Positions 51,818 to 64,000 of a stretch of DNA of 64,000 nucleotides are shown in pieces; the first letter of the stretch is position 1; every line of letters starts with the position of its first letter. The notes under the pieces are model-generated. The model made no database searches. It had not been told where the DNA came from and was given only the letters and a program-made list of their open reading frames with translations. Origin of the DNA: Octopus sinensis (Eukaryota); assembly GCF_006345805.1 (NCBI RefSeq), contig NC_042998.1:153264001-153328000 (forward strand). Direction: 5' to 3'. Both the position numbers and the translations under genes were made by a program.

Positions 51818-52441
51818 GAAATCTAGATGGTCATGGAAGCATGGTGGAACCATCTAATAATGGCTCCATTCGTAAGGCTGGAATAATATATATAATGTGT
51901 CAGTTGGAAAAAGACAGAGACACAACCAGGTTGAAGGTTTAAGAGAATTTATTGATATGTTAACATGTATCTGTGTGTGTATCATGTATACATGACTGGC
52001 CATCATGAGAACAAAGTGTATGTGTCTATAGGAATGGATATATGCATGTGCATTAAGTACATACAAAAATAACAATGAAGGAGAAAGTGAAAGAGTCTAT
52101 GATGAGAAGTTAGACAGATGTTCATAGACACAAGAATGAGAAATACCAGTCCATAATCAATTGTGCACGGTGATTGAAATACTGTATCAAGAAGTTGCAG
52201 CAATGATGCAGAGCTGGAGTTGCAGTATGTATCGTATGAAGTGGTGGGAGTAATGCTGCTGCCTGGGTCACTTGGTACAGGAGTTCTCACAGGTTGTATA
52301 TTTGGTCTTAACCATGGTGATGTAATTCATGAACAGTGCTGTTGTAGTGGATGAGTGTATGTATTAATAAATACATAAGTTGTTTTGTGATAATATAGAG
52401 ATTTATTTCCACTACATCAATTTGTAAGCAATGCTACGCAT

Positions 52442-52576
52442 TGCTTGTACAGAATACATATTAAAGAATGCTTGTACAGAATACATATTAAAGGATGCTT
52501 ATACAGAATACATATTAAAGGATGCTTATACAAAATACACATTAAAGAATGCTTGTACAGAATACATATTAAAGAA
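52442..52576. repeat. 27-bp minisatellite, 5 copies
   Basis: Unit tgcttgtacagaatacatattaaagaa. Confidence 0.92.
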
Positions 52577-52609
52577 GAATATGTTTGCGTGTGTGTGTGT
52601 GTGTGTGAG

Positions 52610-52995
52610 TAAATCATGCAGGACAGTAACCTTTATGCATATTCTCTCGTCGTTTCCAAAAAGCGTAATGTTTGCTTTGGCGTCGGCTCCGGTTCTCTCT
52701 GCATAGCCAATTTTTCCGTTCTATTTATAAAATCTCAAATAGCCAGAAAAATAGATATATCGCAAGACAGTTACTGTTTAAGTAGGTCATCGTTTGTCCA
52801 GTTGAACTTCGCCTGACATGGCTCAGGTCGGAGGTCAAAGGGAGACGATCAATCACTTTTTGTCAGAACAAAGGAATCTTAATTTCGCGCCTTTGCATGC
52901 ATTGGTATTTGACGACCGATGATTCTTGGATTCGATTTCGAATCCAAGCTTAGAGAAGGAAGTGCTAACTCTTACACTGTGTTGAAACCCGAGCA
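52610..52995. promoter_or_regulatory. CpG-retaining segment, candidate promoter or enhancer
   Basis: Locally many CpGs. CCAAT/ATTGG, TTTCGCGC (E2F-like), AGGTCG-g-AGGTCA (DR1-like), AACAAAG. Confidence 0.35.
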
Positions 52996-53225
52996 TATTG
53001 CTGTTGGATGGGTGTTGTCGTTTGGTGTTGATGCTGTAACTGGCTGTGTCTTGTGTGGTCAGTGGCTAGACCTTAAAAGGTCTGGAACCAAAGACTTCGA
53101 GATGAGGAATAGCTGGATTTTTATCATGAACAGTAGGATTTGAAAAATAGGGCAGATTTTACCCCTTTATTTTGTGGTTTAGGGGGCGGATTTTTGAAAA
53201 ACAAGCAGGAATTCACAGTGGTGTT

Positions 53226-54255
53226 CAGTGAACAAATTAAACATTACCTGGCAGTGGCTAAAACACAAAACGATCAAGTTTATGTATAAACTTTCTTTTT
53301 ATGTTTGTTTCACATTATGCTTACCAACATGTTTGTTTCTAGATGGCCAATTGTGTTTTTTTTTTTGTAGTGGTTCTTGTCATCTCTGCTGCTCTATAGA
53401 CACAAAAATGTTTTGTGTAGCCCAACTGTAACCTATGTGGTAGTGATACAACTTTAAGTTCATCACAAATATTACATATGTGGTCCTTATATTTGATGAT
53501 GAGTCTTAGCAGGAGTACCATAAGTCTTATTAAGGCCAGTAGCATGTGCTACAGGTATTGAAGGTCTTTCACAAATGTTCTGCAGTAATACAATGAACAG
53601 TCTTCATTCTTTTGGGTGATACCGAAAGCTGATCCTTTCTTATCAGACCACAAATACCATTGCAGAAACAAACGTTTTCCTCCAGTAAAATTATGAAAAC
53701 TGCAGCTGGTGATGGTGGAAATAGGAAACTTCCATGTTTGGTTGGACATAATTCCATTCCTGAAATCTGGAACCATGCAACTCTGCCTTTTCTCTTGGTA
53801 ATTCCAAATCATGCACTAAGTCATTTAATATCCACTTGACTTAACAAATGCTGGGTACTAGTTGCATCTGTAACATACATGCCATCTTTTCCTATTTCTA
53901 TATCACTAGCAAAATCTTCAGATTAACTGCTGTCTTTAACAACCACTCTTCTTGACTGTCACATATCATCTGAATTTTTTGGCTGTTATTATGCTCTTGA
54001 CTCATTGATCTAAGTGTGGAATAAATTTTATTGATTAAAATCATTAGAATTTCTGTATAGTTAGCATGAAAAATTACTTTAACCTTGAAAAGCAAGTTTC
54101 ATATTACTGACATTAAAATGATTAAAACAATTTTACTAAGTGTTTTGCATTTTACACAAAATTTAAATACGATAGTACAGATTTTAAATCAGCATATGGA
54201 AATAAGCTAGGAACACCTATTTGGTCTTCTGTAACAAAATCTTTGTTCCCTAGTG
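53226..54255 (+). mobile_element. possible internally deleted DNA transposon (Chapaev3-like ends)
   Basis: Imperfect termini cagtgaacaaa ... tttgttccctagtg around decayed internal sequence. Confidence 0.35.
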
Positions 54256-54449
54256 TTACCTGTCAATCCAAACAACAATTACAAAGAGTAACTTCACTAA
54301 ATAATACTGGAAATGAAGGAAAACTTTCATAAAGAAGGTTGAATCCAATATTTTACGGCCAGAAAAAAGAACGCAAGAAGTTAGAAAAATTTCCTCTAAT
54401 GTGCACAATTTGTAGTGCACATGAATGTTGTACAGCAAAAATTTTGGAG

Positions 54450-55215
54450 TAGCTTGATAGTAAAATAATCAACATTCTCTATTTGGGTTACTTTTGATTT
54501 TGTGACCAAAATTAACAATATTTCTAAGCAACAAAATAGTCCCAGAAACTGTTTTTTGTTCACCATGGATATTTCTTCACTATATCATAATATTGACCAT
54601 GATGATGGGGTGGAAGCATGTGGAAAATGGAAGTTTGTGTTACAAAGTAACTCAATGAAGTTGGGACAAAAATTTTGTCACTAGACAAGGGGTTGTGCCT
54701 TGGCTGTGAATTTGAGATTGATACTGAAGACATTTGAATGCCTGCATAGTCATGAACCAATACTCCGCTTATGGTTCATTGATGATACCTTTTTTTTTTT
54801 CTGAAAAGGATCACAAGATAACTTCTTGCATTTCTTGGAATGCTATGCTAAAAACTAAGGTTTTAAGTCCAACATAAAATTTATGTTGAATTTTTCAAAA
54901 ACTAGCATTAAGTTTTGGGATTCAAAAGTTTTCTGAAGGCAGAATAGTAAATAATTTTGCAAGCCCATGTCATCCAACCTTTACCTCTCCCACCATTCCA
55001 ATCATCTACAGTCAAAATGATTTATATTTATATTAATATAGGGGATTGCTGGAAACGTGCAAATGCTTTTGTACACCACTAAGTCAAATGTGGTTACAGT
55101 GAATAATGATAAAAAGAAATTGCAAATGATATGAAGAGAAATATGTTTGTGAGTTATTAACGTCATGCTTTGGAGGGATGAACAAGATGGCTGGATAATT
55201 TCATATTTACACAAA
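54450..55215 (+). mobile_element. highly decayed Penelope-like RT fragment
   Basis: FLFTMDISSLYHNIDHDDG, FVLQSN, WFIDD motifs with frameshifts. Confidence 0.7.
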
Positions 55216-55221
55216 ACTGTA

Positions 55222-55660
55222 TCTATCTATATATATAAAACTGAGAATGTGTGTCTGTCTGTCTGTCTGTGTGAATCCCTAAAACTTGAGAACTACACAA
55301 CCAATTTCATTCAAATCTTACACATGCCTTACTTAGGGTCCAGGGAGTGTCATGGGCACAAAAATTTCTAACTTCTTGCCTAGTGCGAGCCCACAGCAAT
55401 ACCATATCTTCTCCACTATTTCAGTATTACGTGTTAAAAGTGAAACAAAAATATCTCTCTATTGTAGTGTCAGATACTTTCACTTTAATACTGAAACTAT
55501 TAAAGTGAAACTATTATATAAGAGGGATGAACCATTAACAGTGGACATCCATTTTGCTAGAAGATCCGCTATAGTCTTATATGCCACACCACTGGTTTTC
55601 AATTCATATTAATCAAATTAATATTCAATTTCTCACCCTTATTATTTTAAATTTAAATTT
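55222..55660 (+). mobile_element. Helitron-type 5' segment
   Basis: A|TCtatctatatatataaaa start, (GTCT)n, aactacacaaccaatttcattcaaa, typical of non-autonomous Helitrons. Confidence 0.6.
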
Positions 55661-55787
55661 AAACCCAGGACCATGTGTTTTGGAACAAAGTTTGTTACCA
55701 CACAGCCACACCTGCACCTATGTATGTGTGTGTATGTGTGTATAGATATATATGTATACATTTATATGTGTAGATGTATATATATAT

Positions 55788-58700
55788 AGGGCTATTAGAC
55801 AAAAGAAACAGGCTTGGAAAGACTGGAAGAACGGTGGTAGCAGGGAAGTGTATCAGACTGCCAGAAGGGAAGCTAGGAGACAGGTCTATCTAGCCAGAGG
55901 GGAAGCAGATAAGAAAAAATTTGCCAATGTTCTGCGCCGTGAGGATGAAAGACTTGAGGTATTTCGTGTTGCAAGACAGTGTGTGAGAGAGAATCGTGAC
56001 GTGGTAGGAGAGAAATGTGTTCGCAAGGATGACGGTTCACTTGCGCTAAATGAGGATGCAAAGAGAGAGGCTTGGAGACGCCACTATGAAAGGTTGCTGA
56101 ATAAAGAAAATGAATGGGATAAAGAGAGTCTGCCGAATGTCGACCCAACAGAGGGACCAGCAATCCGAGTTAACAGTTCATCATCATCATCATCATCATC
56201 ATTTAACGTTTGCTTTCCATGCTAGCATGGGTTGGACGGTTCAACTGGTATCTGGGGAGCCCGAAGGCTGCACCAGGCCAGTCAGATCTGGCAGTGTTTC
56301 TACAGCTGGATGCCCTTCGAGAGTGTAGTGGGTGATTTTATGTGCCACCGACACAGGTGCCAGACGAGGCTGGCGAACGGCCACGCTCGGATGGTGTTTT
56401 TATGTGCCACCGACACAGGTGCCAGACAAGGCTGGCAGACGACCACGCTCGGATGGTGTTTTTATGTGCCACCGACACAGGTGCCAGACGAGGCTGGCGA
56501 ACGGCCACGCTCGGATGGTGTTTTTATGTGCCACCGACACAGGTGCCAGACAAGGCTAGCAGACGACCACGCTCGGATGGTGTTTTTTATGTGCCACCGA
56601 CAATTGCCTTAGTAGTTAAGGCAATTACAAGCATGAAAACAGGGAAAGCCCCAGGCCCATCAGGAATTACTGCAGAGATGCTCAAAATATCTGGTAGTGT
56701 CGGCTATAGCCTAGTCACCCGTATAGTTAACCAGGTGAAACACGAAGGAGTCATACCCAATGACTGGTGTAGCAGCATAATAGTCAACTGCTACAAAGGT
56801 AAAGGTGACGCCCTAGATACAAATAACTACAGGGGTATCAAGCTGCTGGATCAGGTAATGAAGGTTACGGAGAAGGTTATAGCCCAACTAATTAGAGAGA
56901 GAGTTAGCTTAGATGAGATGCAGTTTGGGTTTGTGCCAGGGAAAAGTACTACTGATGCTATATTCCTGGTAAGACAGCTGCAGGAGAAATACCTAGCCAA
57001 AGATAAGCCCCTGTACCTGGCTTTTGTTGACATAGAGAAAGCCTTTGACAGGGTCCCCCGATCCCTTATCTGGTGGTCAATGAGGAAACTAGGGATAGAT
57101 GAATGCTTAGTGAGAGCTGTGTGAGCCATGTACAGAGACGCTGCTAGTAAGGTGAGGGTTGGCAACGAGTACAGTGAAGAATTCCGGGTAGAGTTTGGGG
57201 TCCACCAAGGTTCAGTCCTCAGTTCACTCCTATTTATCATAGTCCTCCAGGCAATAGTAGAGGAATTCAAGAGAGGATGCCCCTGGGAGCTCCTCTATGC
57301 TGATGACCTTGCTCTAATTGCTGAGTCACTATCAGATCTGGAGGAGAAGTTTCAGTTGTGGAAACAAGGATTAGAATTGAAGGGCCTTAGAATCAACCTA
57401 GCCAAAACCAAAGTCCTAATAAGTAGGAAGGTGGACCAATCACAAACGACTTCAGGTAGATGGCCCTGCTCGATCTGTAAAAAAGGTGTAGGTAGAAACT
57501 CTATAAGGTACACCAAGTGTAAGCTATGGACACACAAGAGGTGCAGCAATGTCAAAGGAAGACTAACTAGGAAAATAGTTTTTGCCTGTGGCAGATGCTC
57601 AGGAGCAATAAACACTGGAAATGTGCAGAGACCAACTTCTACCATGTTCCAGGGAGACAAACTAGAAGTAGTTGATAGCTTCCGCTACCTAGGTGACCAA
57701 GTCAGTAGTGGGGGTGGGTGTGCTGAAAGTGTAACTGCTAGAGTAAGAATAGCCTGGGCAAAGTTTAGAGAGCTCTTACCCCTGCTGGTGACAAAAGGCC
57801 TCTCACTCAGAGTAAAAGGCAGACTGTATGATGCATGTGTACGTACAGCCATGCTACATGGTAGTGAAACATGGGCCGTGACTGCTGAGGATATGCGTAA
57901 GCTTGCAAGAAATGAAGCCAGTATGCTCCGATGGATGTGTAATGTCAGTGTTCATAATCGACAGAGTGTAAGTACCTTGAGAGAAAAGTTGAACCTAAGA
58001 AGCATCAGCTGTGGTGTGCAAGAGAGACGTCTGCACTGGTATGGTCATGTGACGAGAATGGCTGAAGATAGTTGTGTGCAAAAGTGCTACACCCTAGCAG
58101 TTGAGGGAACCTGTGGAAGAGGTAGACCCAGGAAAACCTGGGACGAGGTGGTGAAGCACAACCTTCGAACTTTAGGTCTCACCAAGGAAATGACTAGAGA
58201 CCGAGGCCTATGGAATTATGCTGTGCGTGAGAAGACTCGGCAAGACTAGTGAGGCCATAACCCGTGGCCTCTACCTGGTATGTAGCCAGTCGACTTATAC
58301 ATACCTTTCCTTCTTGGGACACAAAACTCTACTTGTGAAGACCCGTTGAGGCAAGTGAAAATCAAACAATCAAAATCAAAATCAAATCAGATATCAGAAA
58401 GCAGAACCAAAATCGAAGTCGATCAACATCAACGGAAATTGCGGCTGTGATACCAGTGCCGGTGACTAGTAAGCGAACCATCCGATTGTGGCCATTGCCA
58501 GTGCCGCCCCGACTGGCCTCCGTGCCGGTGGCACATAAAAGCTCCATCCGTTCGTGGCCGTTGCCAGCCTCGCCTGGCCCCCGTGCCGGTGGCACGTAAA
58601 AAACATATCCGTTCGTGGCCGTTGCCAGCGCCGCCCCGACTGGCCTCTGTGCCGGTGGCACGTAAAAGCACCATCCGTTCGTGTCTGTTGCCAGCCTCGC

Positions 58701-58963
58701 CTGGCCCCCGTGCCAGTGGCACGTAAAAGCACCATCCGCTCGTGGCCGTTTGCCAGCACCGTCTGGCACCTGTGTGGGTGGCACGTAAAAAGCACCCACT
58801 ACACTCGTGGAGTGGTTGGCGTTAGGAAGGGCATCCAGTCGTAGAAACACTGCCAGATCAGACTGGGCCTGATGCAGCCTTCCGGCTTCACAGACCCCAG
58901 TTGAACCATCCAACCCATGCTAGCATGGAAAACGGACGCTAAATGATGATGATGATGATGATG
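55788..58963 (+). mobile_element. young 5'-truncated RTE-like LINE
   Basis: RT nearly intact apart from TGA at 57122-57124 and a nested insertion. YADD, PHD-like finger, tandem-repeat 3' UTR, (GAT)n tail. Confidence 0.96.
56178..56601 (-). mobile_element. antisense RTE 3' end nested inside the LINE
   Basis: (CAT)n tail plus 62-bp repeats interrupting the host ORF between ...IRVNS and ...LVVKAI. Confidence 0.92.
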
Positions 58964-59046
58964 TACATGTAATATGTACACATATATATTCACATATATA
59001 CATGCATACATAGATACACCCACCCACCCACCCACACACATACATA

Positions 59047-59375
59047 GGTGCAGGTGTGGCTGTGTGGTAACAAACTTCGTTCCAAAACACATGGTCCTGG
59101 GTTCAGTCCCACTGTGTGGTGACTTGGCATGTGTCTTCTGCTAATAGCCTCAGACCAACCAAAGACTTATCAGTGGATTTTGTAGACAGAAACTGAAAGA
59201 AATCAATCGTATATATATATGTATGTATATATTTAAGTGTATGTGTGTGACTTTGTGTCTGTGTTTCACCCTCATCACTGCTTCACAACTGCTGTTCGTT
59301 TATTTACATCCCCATAACTTACTGGTTTCACAAGAAGAAACTAATAGAATAAGTACCAGGTTTACCAACATAAAA
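59047..59375 (+). mobile_element. tRNA-derived SINE
   Basis: A and B boxes, central microsatellite, gaataagtaccagg. Confidence 0.85.
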
Positions 59376-59438
59376 AAAGCACTACGCTGTGTCTCATATT
59401 TTTGTTTGCCCATTCAGTTGTATCTATCAATTTATCTT

Positions 59439-59481
<43 letters not shown>

Positions 59482-59649
59482 CACACACACACATATATAT
59501 ATATATACACGTATGTATATATGTACATTCATATTTATTATATCAAAGACAATGTCTTTATGTATTCATGTATTACTTATACATTCAAAAACTACTGCAC
59601 CAATCATAATGAAATTTGGAACACAAAATCGAAGCCTAGGGAGAAGGGC

Positions 59650-61207
59650 AATGCTGTGTGTTTCATACAATTTCATGGACCCAAATTACTGAATGGATCC
59701 TTATGATATTTGAAACTTAGATTCAATGCATAAGGGCAGGTATAATGCAATATGTTTGGTTTGAAATCCAGATGGCTTAAAGAGGGCAGAATCCCCCATG
59801 AAAATTCATAAATTTTCGATGTTGATGAAATTTCAACCATGGGTAATTGACACACATCAAGAAGTATATTCAAAGTTTCCACTTCACATGAGGATTCTCA
59901 GACACCCTAATGGGGGCATTAACTCCCAAATTTTAGTAATTTCTTTTATGATCCAAAACTAAGTCAAAAGTACTGAATGGATCTTATGAAATTTGGAAAT
60001 TATATTCTATGCATAAGGGCCATAACCCCCATGACAATTCATATATTTTTGCTATTTATGAAATTTTAACCATAGATATTAGATACAAATGAAGTATTAT
60101 TTATAAAATTTCATCTTTTTACAAGTTAGAAAGACCCCTTCATGGGGACTTAACACCCACAATTTTGTTATTTTATCTAAGCAAATACGAATACAGTTGT
60201 ACTCTTGGAAGCTGTGGGGTCATCTGAGCATAGAAGATGAGCATTATTTGTAATTCAATGGTACAACGGTGTAACACTTTGCTTTGACATACACTTACAT
60301 TGTGATTTCTGCAATGTGCTGCATAAATTGTCAAGTAAATGAGAGGCATCTTTGCCTCCACTGATTCAGTTGCAAAGTGTTGAGTAAAGTTATTGGATTG
60401 CAGACCACCTTTCAGTCTTTTTATTATCACTGGGTCACACATAGTCCCCAGATGGTAACACTGAGTGACTGGTTATTCAAAGACATTTATAGATTGTATA
60501 TTTATGACTGGTTATTCAAAGACATTTATAGATTATATATTTATTCTGTCCAGTTACGTATCAGTATAGTGGTCATTTGCAAACTCTAACTTTCATTTCT
60601 CGTTAGTCCTCACGTCACACAGTTGTTAATGTTTATTTCAGTTGGGTCACGCCCTTCCAATTGCTATAGATTCGTAATGCATCTCACGGCTGTGCCTGTC
60701 ACGTGCATGGTGAGGAATATTAATTTGGGAGTGGTAATGACTAGGGTAGGGTAGCTGACTGCTTATTGTGATAATTTGTCTTTTGGTTTCCTGTAGCTCT
60801 GCTCTCTTTTACAAACCCAGGGAACATATATTTCCTATTTCAAAGAAATTCTAACAATAGATACAAGTTAAAAAGATTCTCAACAATTCAAGTTCTCTGG
60901 TTGACATTAAGATGCCCACCCCCAACAGGTGTCTTAACTCTCACATTTTAGAGCTCCATGACCTTCATTTTTCAGGAGCAAAATCCTTTTAACAGGTTCT
61001 ATAAGACTGGAATTTTGGAATATGCGCATAAAAATCAGTAAAAATACATGTGGCATGATTACAATTTTTTTAGGGTGTGTAAAGAGGGAAATAACCCTCA
61101 TCTGCAATTTTGATGAAATTCAAAACATAGGTATTCTAGTTCATTGCAGAAAATATAACAGAAAAGTCTAATTCTTTAATTGTATGTAACTCAGGCAACT
61201 CTGCTAG
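59650..61207 (+). mobile_element. repeat region ending in a Helitron-like 3' terminus
   Basis: Internal duplications (~59660-59850 / ~59970-60080; 39-bp unit x2 at ~60467-60544). Ends aggcaactctgCTAG|T, like 2919-2933. Confidence 0.45.
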
Positions 61208-61339
61208 TGATTAAATATTCTTCTTTTTTGTTACTTTTCATTTTCCTTTTTTTCTTTTTGCCAGTTGTAAACTTGAAAATTGAAGACTGATGATGTCATT
61301 CCATCAACATGGGGATGCTTGTTGGCCTTGTTTGAATTT

Positions 61340-64000
61340 TGAATTTCCAATTCTATGATTTTAAATTTCTGTTTCGCTTTTCATTTTGAACTCAACAAAG
61401 GCAGGCAAGCTGTTGATATTGGAAGCAAAGTCATCTCTGGGCACTAAATGTTGACTTGGTGGCCATAAGTGAATCCAGATTTTCCAACTAATAGTACTTC
61501 CAACACATTTTTGGTTACTATGTTGTCTATGTTTCAGTGACTCCAAGTTGTCCGGGGGTGGGAGGTGTAGTCACCATAATGGTTTGGAAGAATTTAGATC
61601 TTTCAATATGGATGATCTTCATGGATCTGGAAGGTAAGTCAGTTATCCTGGACGTGACAGGCAGTGAAGGACATTCTTTCAGGCTAGTTGCCATCTTTGC
61701 CTCAACCGAATTTCTTCAGATGTCTGGAAACTTTCCTGGGAACATCCAGCTCTTTAGTGTTAGTGGGGGATTGGAATGGAGTTTTAGATGTTAGGTGGGA
61801 CTGTGTGAGTTCAGCAGGTAGGAGAGGAAGATGCAAAAGCCTTACAAACCTGCTCAGATGATTCCAACTGTCTGACAGGTATTGACTACATTTCCCTGAT
61901 AGTAAGTGTGGACCTGGTCAAACTACATCAGATCATCCAGATCATATCTAGATAGGGTATTCTGTAGAGTAGCAGATAAGGATAAGCATAGGTTGTCCAC
62001 AATTTAAAGTAGTTGAATACACAGACCACAAATTCGTGATCTGTACAGTCAACTTAGATAGGCTTCATAGATAGGGACCCATTTAATGGAAGCTGAACAT
62101 GTTGTTGCCAGCGCATAAAGATTTCAGTAACTAGATTAGTGAACTAGTCAAGAGGGCATTGACAGGAGCAATAATCAACAATAAATGGTGGTTGGCTCTG
62201 AAAAAGGCAATTATAATAGAATCAATAAAGTTTTGCAAAAGACTAGCAGTAAAAAGAAACAGAGTAAATAGAGTTCATCAAGAAGTTAGATGAGGCTTTA
62301 GAAAAGGCATCGCAACCGACACACTTGCAGAGAGATTGGCACTTCAACTCAAAACATGAAGGTTGCATGGACAGAGCTAAGGCATGAGCACTTAGACACG
62401 AAGGAACAAAAACAGTTCAATAGACCTGAGTGACAGAGGCATGGCCAGGCAATAAATCCATGAACTGATCCTTGCTGGACCATGACAGGCAAATGATAAC
62501 TGATCTGAGAGTGATGTGTGTGGTCTTTCAGCAGTGCTTTGCTCAACTGTTCAGGAGCAGCAGTGAGCTGGATCACAGGATGGATTTCACGTCCTACTTC
62601 GACAGGCTGCAATAGCTCTCATCAACAGAGAAGGAGTGCTGGGAAAGGCTGAAAACAGCCTTTGAAATATGGGAAGAAATGACTAGCTGCATGAGGGGTA
62701 AATTGCCTGATTTGGATGGTTTGCCCTATGAGCTTTACACTTACATGCCAGACTTGTTTGGTGACCTCTTAGCAAATGGTTACTGCAACTGGCAACAGAA
62801 TGGGAGAATTCCCAATTCTGTAAGCCAAGGAGCAGTGGCATTGCTGAGAAAAGACCCAACAAAGGGGGATTGTATTGACACCTTTAGGCCCATAATTCTG
62901 CTGAATGCAAAGTTCATAATTTTGGCTAAGGTGTCAGCTACAAGGTTGGAATTTGTCATTGGGAAACTGGTAGGGGAGGCACAGACATGTGCTATCCCAA
63001 AAAGATCCATTCATGACAACCTCCACCTCATGTGCTACATCATTGAGAAAGTGATTAAAGAACCTGGCACGGTGGGGCACTAATCAATTTAGATCATTGT
63101 AAAGCTTTTGATAAGGTTGACCATCTATACCTGGAAGTGGTCCTCAGGGCAGCTGGTTTCAGGCCTGTATTCAGGGACAGGATCACTGCAATGCACAGTT
63201 ACATCTGTTCAGTGGTCAGAGCTGTTCAACATCATGTGCTTGATTCGGCAATTTGGGAATATTGCCCCCTTCATCTCTTGTATGTATTGAATCTCAAGCC
63301 ACTACTACACAAACTGGAGGCATTGAGAGGCATCCTGCGTGACCTAGGATGTGGGAGATGCATGTTGGCATATGCCAACAAAGTCGCCATATTGGTGTTG
63401 GATCATAATGACATAGAAATGATGAGCACCGCTCCCAAGAACTACAAGGTGGTTTCAGGGTAAGTCAGTGGGTTTGTGATTTGGCACCCACAGAAGCAAG
63501 TCCATGCCATCCAATTGCATCATTGGGCACTGGACAGATGGACCAGTTAAATTGCTTGGGGTCTGGATCAGCCCGGACCTCCAGATAAACAAAATCTGGG
63601 ATGAGGTAATGAGTAGGGTGACTACTCTCAACCAGAGATGGGCTGAGAGAAAGCTATCCCTGAAAAGTCAGGCAGAGGTGGCTAATGCATATATTGCATC
63701 TGTCATCTACTATCACTTGACCATTGTGCCTTGTCTCGGCTACTGTCTGTTTACGTTGGAGTGTATACTTTTCAGCTTCTTGTGCAGTGGATGTGTCCTG
63801 ATGGTCAGCTGGTCATTCTACTGTCAACACCTGGGCATGCCATAGCTGATGATGCACTGAGGTTACAATATCTCTAGTGCTTCCTTGACAGTGAACAAGT
63901 GCAGTCACCGTTTGCCAGACATGTACTTCCACAGCTAGTTTCTTTAATGGAGCTGCAGTCCTGGGTAAAACAGAGATCAAGGAGGAGTATTTGGAAAGTG
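61340..64000 (+). mobile_element. decayed Tx1/L1-like ORF2 (endonuclease plus RT), runs off the window
   Basis: PDLDGLPYELY, FRPIILLN, ILAKV, QTCAIPKRSIHDN, KAFDKVDH, VKLLGVW. Many stops. Confidence 0.85.

Noticed and set aside
52431-52706. Repeat-protein ORF (ACTEYILKN)n
   Set aside because: It is the translation of a 27-bp minisatellite with no splice or homology support.
56339-56600. CRISPR-like array
   Set aside because: Whole units repeat with no unique spacers, they belong to the LINE 3' UTR, there are no cas genes, and the context is eukaryotic.
58362-58913. Recurrent ORFs such as MDGSTGV.../MCHRHRCQTRL
   Set aside because: Antisense or alternative-frame readings of the GC-rich LINE 3' UTR, with frames inconsistent between copies.

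Overview
AT-rich, microsatellite-laden animal genomic DNA. The repeat families resemble those of a coleoid cephalopod such as Octopus (inferred, not verified). The only host gene is the 3' part of a MAP3K4/MEKK4-like kinase on the + strand: eight phase-consistent exons from 9570 to the stop at 41308, a GC-AG final intron and a possible 13-nt upstream microexon. The rest is nested mobile DNA: many RTE-like LINEs, Penelope-like elements (PLEs), Tx1/L1, R4/Dong and CR1/L2-like remnants, piggyBac, Helitron, mariner, Tigger-like and Chapaev3-like DNA elements, tRNA-derived SINEs and a tRNA-Phe pseudogene. Most notable: (1) minimal hammerhead-ribozyme-like folds with a U3-A8 covariant core in PLE-type terminal repeats, including a ~335-bp near-perfect palindrome; (2) a C4HC3 PHD-like finger embedded just after the RT core of the RTE LINE; (3) four short, near-identical local inverted duplications. 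All calls were made by eye; no searches were run.
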